A stretch of DNA of 64,000 bases from Laetmonice hystrix. Taxonomy: Eukaryota. The translations under genes were made by a program, and so were the position numbers. Under the pieces are notes generated by a model. It was not told the DNA's origin, ran no database searches, and was given only the letters and a program-made list of their open reading frames with translations. This document shows, in pieces, positions 58,871 to 64,000 of the stretch. The stretch lies in contig OZ249447.1 in NCBI GenBank assembly GCA_965235115.1, positions 22,320,001 through 22,384,000 of the forward strand, read 5' to 3'. Numbering within the stretch: position 1 is the stretch's first letter; each line of letters begins with the position of its first letter.

Positions 58871-60868
58871 ACAAACTGTTGACGTTGGCCATTATTATGA
58901 TGGTGTGAGCCGCCAGGGGGCGCCTGTAGTCACCATGGAGCGGTATAAATTTTACGCGGCGCCAGGGAAAACTCGGCACAGGTAGGTAGGTATCTGGTCG
59001 CCGCAGGTAGTCACAACTTGCCAAGAGTGGCTGTACGACTACTAGCCCCCCCCCCCCCCCCACCCCACCCCACCACCCACCCCACCATGGGCAGGGATAT
59101 GTCCTCCAGCACAGCCGTAGTATGCTGACACGACTGTCAGTCGTGTAAATATTTGCTGATGGTAGATGAGATGGGGAGGGGGAATGGCACGTCGAGGATA
59201 GTATAATATGTAGTGGAGATCGAGATAAATGTGGTGACGGAGATAGTACAACCCGGGAAGAACATGGTACGTCAGCGACCTTCTTGTCACAGTGTATTTG
59301 TACGACATGCAAAGTTTTATAAATATATAAGAACCGCATGGAGTTATTTATCTTTCTTGGTATTAGAACCTAGCTCAAGGAACTTTAGGATCACCATACA
59401 ACAAGTGTGCCCACCAATGGCGACTTTCAGAATTGAACTCTCAGTCTCTGATGATTACACTGTAGTAATTATGTCCTGTATGATGAGAGTGAGAGGCGCC
59501 TTCAACTCTCCCACATATCGGTAGTCAGTTGGTCAATGAAACTGAATATTTCAAGTGTAGGTCTGCTTCAGCTGTCGCAGTGATATGCTGGCATACACTA
59601 TAATTACAGCGTACTTTGTAGGTCAGTGGTGGCTTCTCAGGAGGAATTACATGATGGGAACGTGCGGGCTAAAGTCCTTATGATCCGTAGAATTGTTAAA
59701 TGTACTAAAACTGATGTTAATAGTTTGTGTGTGTGAGAGATGATGTTTAGGCCAAGGATACCTTCTTTAACTCTGCCTGCTGGAATCGGCTTGGGTCTAC
59801 GGATCGTTAATTATTATGTATGAAGATCTACGAGATATTGGTATGGTCCGGAAACCATGAAGGAAAGTGGGTATAACCTGGCAGGTCGTGTACTGAGACT
59901 CCTGCAGGTTCCCATTGCCAGCCAACCCGTTCTCCTTGCTAGAAGATTAATGGCACGGAAACATTTTTATGGTGGCAGTCCTCGTTTGTCTCACCCCGGC
60001 CCAGCCATTGCAGTGTCAGCAGAACTTTTCTTCCTGACTATTGCTCCCCAAAAAGGCTCATTGATATTGCTTGGTACTAATTGATTTCTTAGCGCTGGGT
60101 GCGGTAATTGCAGCATTTAGTATGGCAGAGTTGGCGAGTGTCAGGCAATGAAGTCATAGGTCGTGATTTGTGACGTTCCATCATGGAATGTAACGTCATC
60201 AGTTGTATCAACAACGGGACGTAACTCCCGGTCGTCTGCTGCTCCGGCAGCGTCCCGCAGAAATCTGTGGTCTTTGTCCCGGGAACAAAACACCTCTCTT
60301 CCCGTCATCAAGGCAACATGTTTTCTTTATCTCAGAGATGTTTTTACCCTAATTGTTTTACAAATCACATCAAATCAACGATAGGAACCGCAGGGACGTG
60401 GCAGATCACAAGGAGACTGAAGAAGACTTCACACACATTTTGCGTGTAATTCTAGGCCCAGAGCCAACGAAAGAATAATGGATTCTCTACCAAGGAGCAA
60501 TAAATGGATTTTCCACCATTTTGCAATTGATGAGAGATAATTTGGGCGTTCTCACTGAAGGGACCATCTTGTCATTATTGAATCAAGCTCTTACGCATGT
60601 GTTCAGAGTGCCGAGCCTGAAGCACCACGACTCCACACCGACCAGGGTCAGGTGTTATCCGCAGACCATGGTTGTTTTTTGAAAGACCATGAAATTAAGC
60701 CATAATCAAAGAATCATGTCAGTGTCACGTGTAACTTTGTGAAAAGTAAAATTTCCTGACTGAACAGAACTGTGTGTTTGGAGTGAAGAGTCAAGGAATG
60801 ATGATCTGTCAGGCTCCCCATCATTTTGATTCACACCATGTTATTGAGATTATTTTGTTCTTTTCCAG

Positions 60869-61010
60869 CAGTTTGATGAGTCCGGCGTCGCGGCAGGCCG
60901 TGGCCTTCTCACCCAGCGTAGACTTGGGACTCACTGACATAGAGATGGTGAACGGGCTCGACTACGATGAGCAGTTTGACGACGAGAGGGCCTTTGAGAT
61001 GGAGTACGAG
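60869..61010 (+). CDS. PDZRN3/4: Next coding exon of the PDZRN3/4-like gene (acidic linker before PDZ2)
   Basis: Strong acceptor ttttgttcttttccag|. The phase 2 entry joins in frame to 31948 (GG+C = Gly). It encodes SLMSPASRQAVAFSPSVDLGLTDIEMVNGLDYDEQFDDERAFEMEYE and ends GAG|gtagga in phase 0, where the family has ..DREELELE|EV.L.R. Confidence 0.75.
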
Positions 61011-61429
61011 GTAGGAGACTGTTTCATTCATACACAAACTCCGACATTTCAGGGTTCACACTGGTTTCACTTGGTTGGAAATTCCTTGGAGATTTGACCA
61101 GGAAAAATGTGGGGTTGGATTCTCATCGGTTTTGATACCGGGTACATTTGATTATGCTGCAAGCTGATTTAGAGAGCTGGTGGTTGTACGAAGAGGCCTC
61201 TCAGTGGAGTTTTAACGGTCGACACAGACAACGTGATTCATGTTAAACTGACCACAGACTGACCACTGGACAGAGATCGTGGACAGGGAGACAGATGGAC
61301 ACACGCTGGTGCGCTGGTTCTAGGAGAATATAACTCTCTCCTTTCAATTCCCTGGATCGACCGCTTCATGTCTCATGTCGTGTCAACCAGCCTTGGTTAT
61401 TAATATCTTCTTTATCAATTCCTTTAGTA

Positions 61430-63560
61430 CTTTATCCGAGAAATATAACAATTCAGTGATGGGAACCAATGCCTTGACAAGAGAAAGAACATTATATTGC
61501 GTTCTGGATGAAGATAGTTGAATTGATGGAGACTGATCGTCGCCTGGGATCGACAAGTATTACATACACTGGGCTGAATGTCGCATGACTGCCAACAACG
61601 GGAGAAATGGAACCCGGAGAAAAATACACGCACACACATGATATTCGTACAGTCTTTACAAGTGAAAGCTTGCGTAGGAAACAAGAGTAATATGCATGCA
61701 AATATGTGATGCTGTGTTAGCCGTTCATATTTAGCCGGCTGTGTGTGGAGCATGCGACCCAATGCTAACGCTGAGTCTCCGACATGTGAATATGAATACG
61801 CCGGTAGAGATACACCCGGGCATATAGATTAAAAGATTAAGGCATGGAGACCATTGTCTCACAGCCAAGAAACCGTCACACCCACAATATCCAACATTGA
61901 TATCTACAGGCAACTGTAGTTAACCTGGAGACCATTGTCTGACAGCCAAGGAAACCGTCACACCCACAATATCCAACATTGATATCTACAGGCAACTGTA
62001 GTTAACCTGGAGACCATTGTCTGACAGCCAAGGAAACCGTCACACCCACAATATCCAACACTGATATCTACAGGCAACTGTAGTTAACCTGGAGACCATT
62101 GTCTCACAGCCAAGAAACCGTCACACCCACAATATCCAACATTGATATCTACAGGCAACTGTAGTTAACCTGGAGACCATTGTCTGACAGCCAAGGAAAC
62201 CGTCACACCCACAATATCCAACATTGATATCTACAGGCAACTGTAGTTAACCTGGAGACCATTGTCTGACAGCCAAGGAAACCGTCACACCCACAATATC
62301 CAACACTGATATCTACAGGCAACTGTAGTTAACCTGGAGACCATTGTCTGACAGTCAAGGAAACCGTCACACCCACAATATCCAACACTGATATCTACAG
62401 GCAACTGTAGTTAACCTGGAGACCATTGTCTGACAGCCAAGGAAACCGTCACACCCACAATATCCAACAATGATATCTACAGACAACTGTAGTTAACCTG
62501 GAGACCATTGTCTCACAGCCAAGAAACCGTCACACCCACAATATCCAACATTGATATCTACAGGCAACTGTAGTTAACCTGGAGACCATTGTCTGACAGC
62601 CAAGGAAACCGTCACACCCACAATATCCAACAATGATATCTACAGACAACTGTAGTTAACCTGGAGACCATTGTCTGACAGCCAAGAAAACCGTCACACC
62701 CACAATATCCAACATTGATATCTACAGGCAACTGTAGTTAACCTGGAGACCATTGTCTGACAGCCAAGGAAACCGTCACACCCACAATATCCAACACTGA
62801 TATCTACAGGCAACTGTAGTTAACCTGGAGACCATTGTCTGACAGCCAAGGAAACCGTCACACCCACAATATCCAACACTGATATCTACAGGCAACTGTA
62901 GTTAACCTGGAGACCATTGTCTGACAGCCAAGGAAACCGTCACACCCACAATATCCAACACTGATATCTACAGGCAACTGTAGTTAACCTGGAGACCATT
63001 GTCTCACAGCCAAGGAAACCGTCACACCCACAATATCCAACACTGATATCTACAGACAACTGTAGTTAACCTGGAGACCATTGTCTGACAGCCAAGGAAA
63101 CCGTCACACCCACAATATCCAACACTGATATCTACAGACAACTGTAGTTAACCTGGAGACCATTGTCTGACAGCCAAGGAAACCGTCACACCCACAATAT
63201 CCAACACTGATATCTACAGACAACTGTAGTTAACCTGGAGACCATTGTCTCACAGCCAAGGAAACCGTCACACCCACAATATCCAACACTGATATCTACA
63301 GACAACTGTAGTTAACCTGGAGACCATTGTCTCACAGCCAAGGAAACCGTCACACCCACAATATCCAACACTGATATCTACAGACAACTGTAGTTAACCT
63401 GGAGACCATTGTCTCACAGCCAAGAAAACCGTCACACCCACAATATCCAACATTGATATCAAGAGACAACTGTAGTTAACCGCTAATTTTGAGTTGATTT
63501 ATAACGGCGTGGAATCCCTTTAGAGAGGTAAGAACGCTCACGTCCGAAATTTTAACGCTA
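61430..63560 (-). mobile_element. Decayed L2/CR1-like LINE endonuclease remnant hosting the 82 bp array
   Basis: INSKLAVNYSCLLISMLDIVGVTVSWL*DNG..ICP..AYSY (like NK....D......LDI..ITETWL.D....CP.GY) and FSPVYVILVDPRRRS (like VIYRPP). Confidence 0.5.
61845..63481. repeat. Minisatellite, 82 bp x ~20
   Basis: Unit ggagaccattgtctgacagccaaggaaaccgtcacacccacaatatccaacactgatatctacaggcaactgtagttaacct; a few copies are 81 bp. Confidence 0.98.
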
Positions 63561-64000
63561 TAACAGTTGTCCGCCGTCCGATTTTTCACGTTGGCGATTT
63601 CACCTGAGGCAGATAGACGTGATGGTAGCTGCGATCGACATAGTTATTGTGAATGATATAGACTTGAATGTACCTGCATCAGGCACTCAGGCTGCCGTAT
63701 CGAACACAAAGAAAATACTTGGGAAGTAGATGGGGGAACCAGTCTGCTGGTCATTCCATTAGCTGTCAAGGTTTATTTGGATTTGGAACATGTTTGCTGA
63801 TGGAACATTGAATGTTTTCCCTGAGTTTTGGTGTTTGCCAAGTTTCATTCCAGAGATTATTGATTATGTTCTTAAAGATCCATTCAATTAAGACACTGTT
63901 TGCGTGCTGCTTCCAGAAAAGCATTTTGCCACCGACATGGAATTAATGAAGTGTTTAATGTAAAAATAAATCAGCATATAACGTCGTGGATTAAAAGTGA

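Noticed and set aside
1755-63481. CRISPR-like interpretation of the regular arrays
   Set aside because: Units are head-to-tail with no unique spacers, there are no cas genes, and the context is eukaryotic.
61011-64000. Next PDZRN3/4 exon (EV.L.R....KLGLT) and, at the left end, the upstream PDZ1 exon
   Set aside because: No matching coding sequence was found in the window; these exons presumably lie outside it.

Overview
Animal genomic DNA, probably invertebrate; no prokaryotic genes, rRNA, tRNA or CRISPR were seen. The window appears to lie inside a large + strand PDZRN3/PDZRN4 (LNX3/4)-like gene. Two confident coding exons (31695-31948 and 60869-61010) splice in frame across a ~28.9 kb intron. 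There is also a candidate internal promoter and first exon near 8.8-9.4 kb and several weaker candidate exons. The clearest element is a young 4503 bp PAT-like (DIRS-order, tyrosine-recombinase) retrotransposon on the - strand (12269-16771). It has identical split direct repeats (A1..ORFs..B1A2..B2), open RT-RNaseH-methyltransferase and recombinase ORFs, an apparently truncated gag, no target-site duplication, and a target site resembling its circle junction. The remaining intronic DNA holds about four decayed Ngaro-like DIRS relics, several decayed LINEs (all antisense to the host gene), three MITEs and about 15 tandem arrays (roughly 12% of the window). Many of the arrays seem to have expanded from LINE ORF2 sequence. 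All homology calls were made by eye from motifs; no searches were run, so calls on decayed elements are tentative. I found no convincing evidence of a wholly new biological system; the best leads are mechanistic details of the PAT element and the LINE-to-minisatellite pattern.
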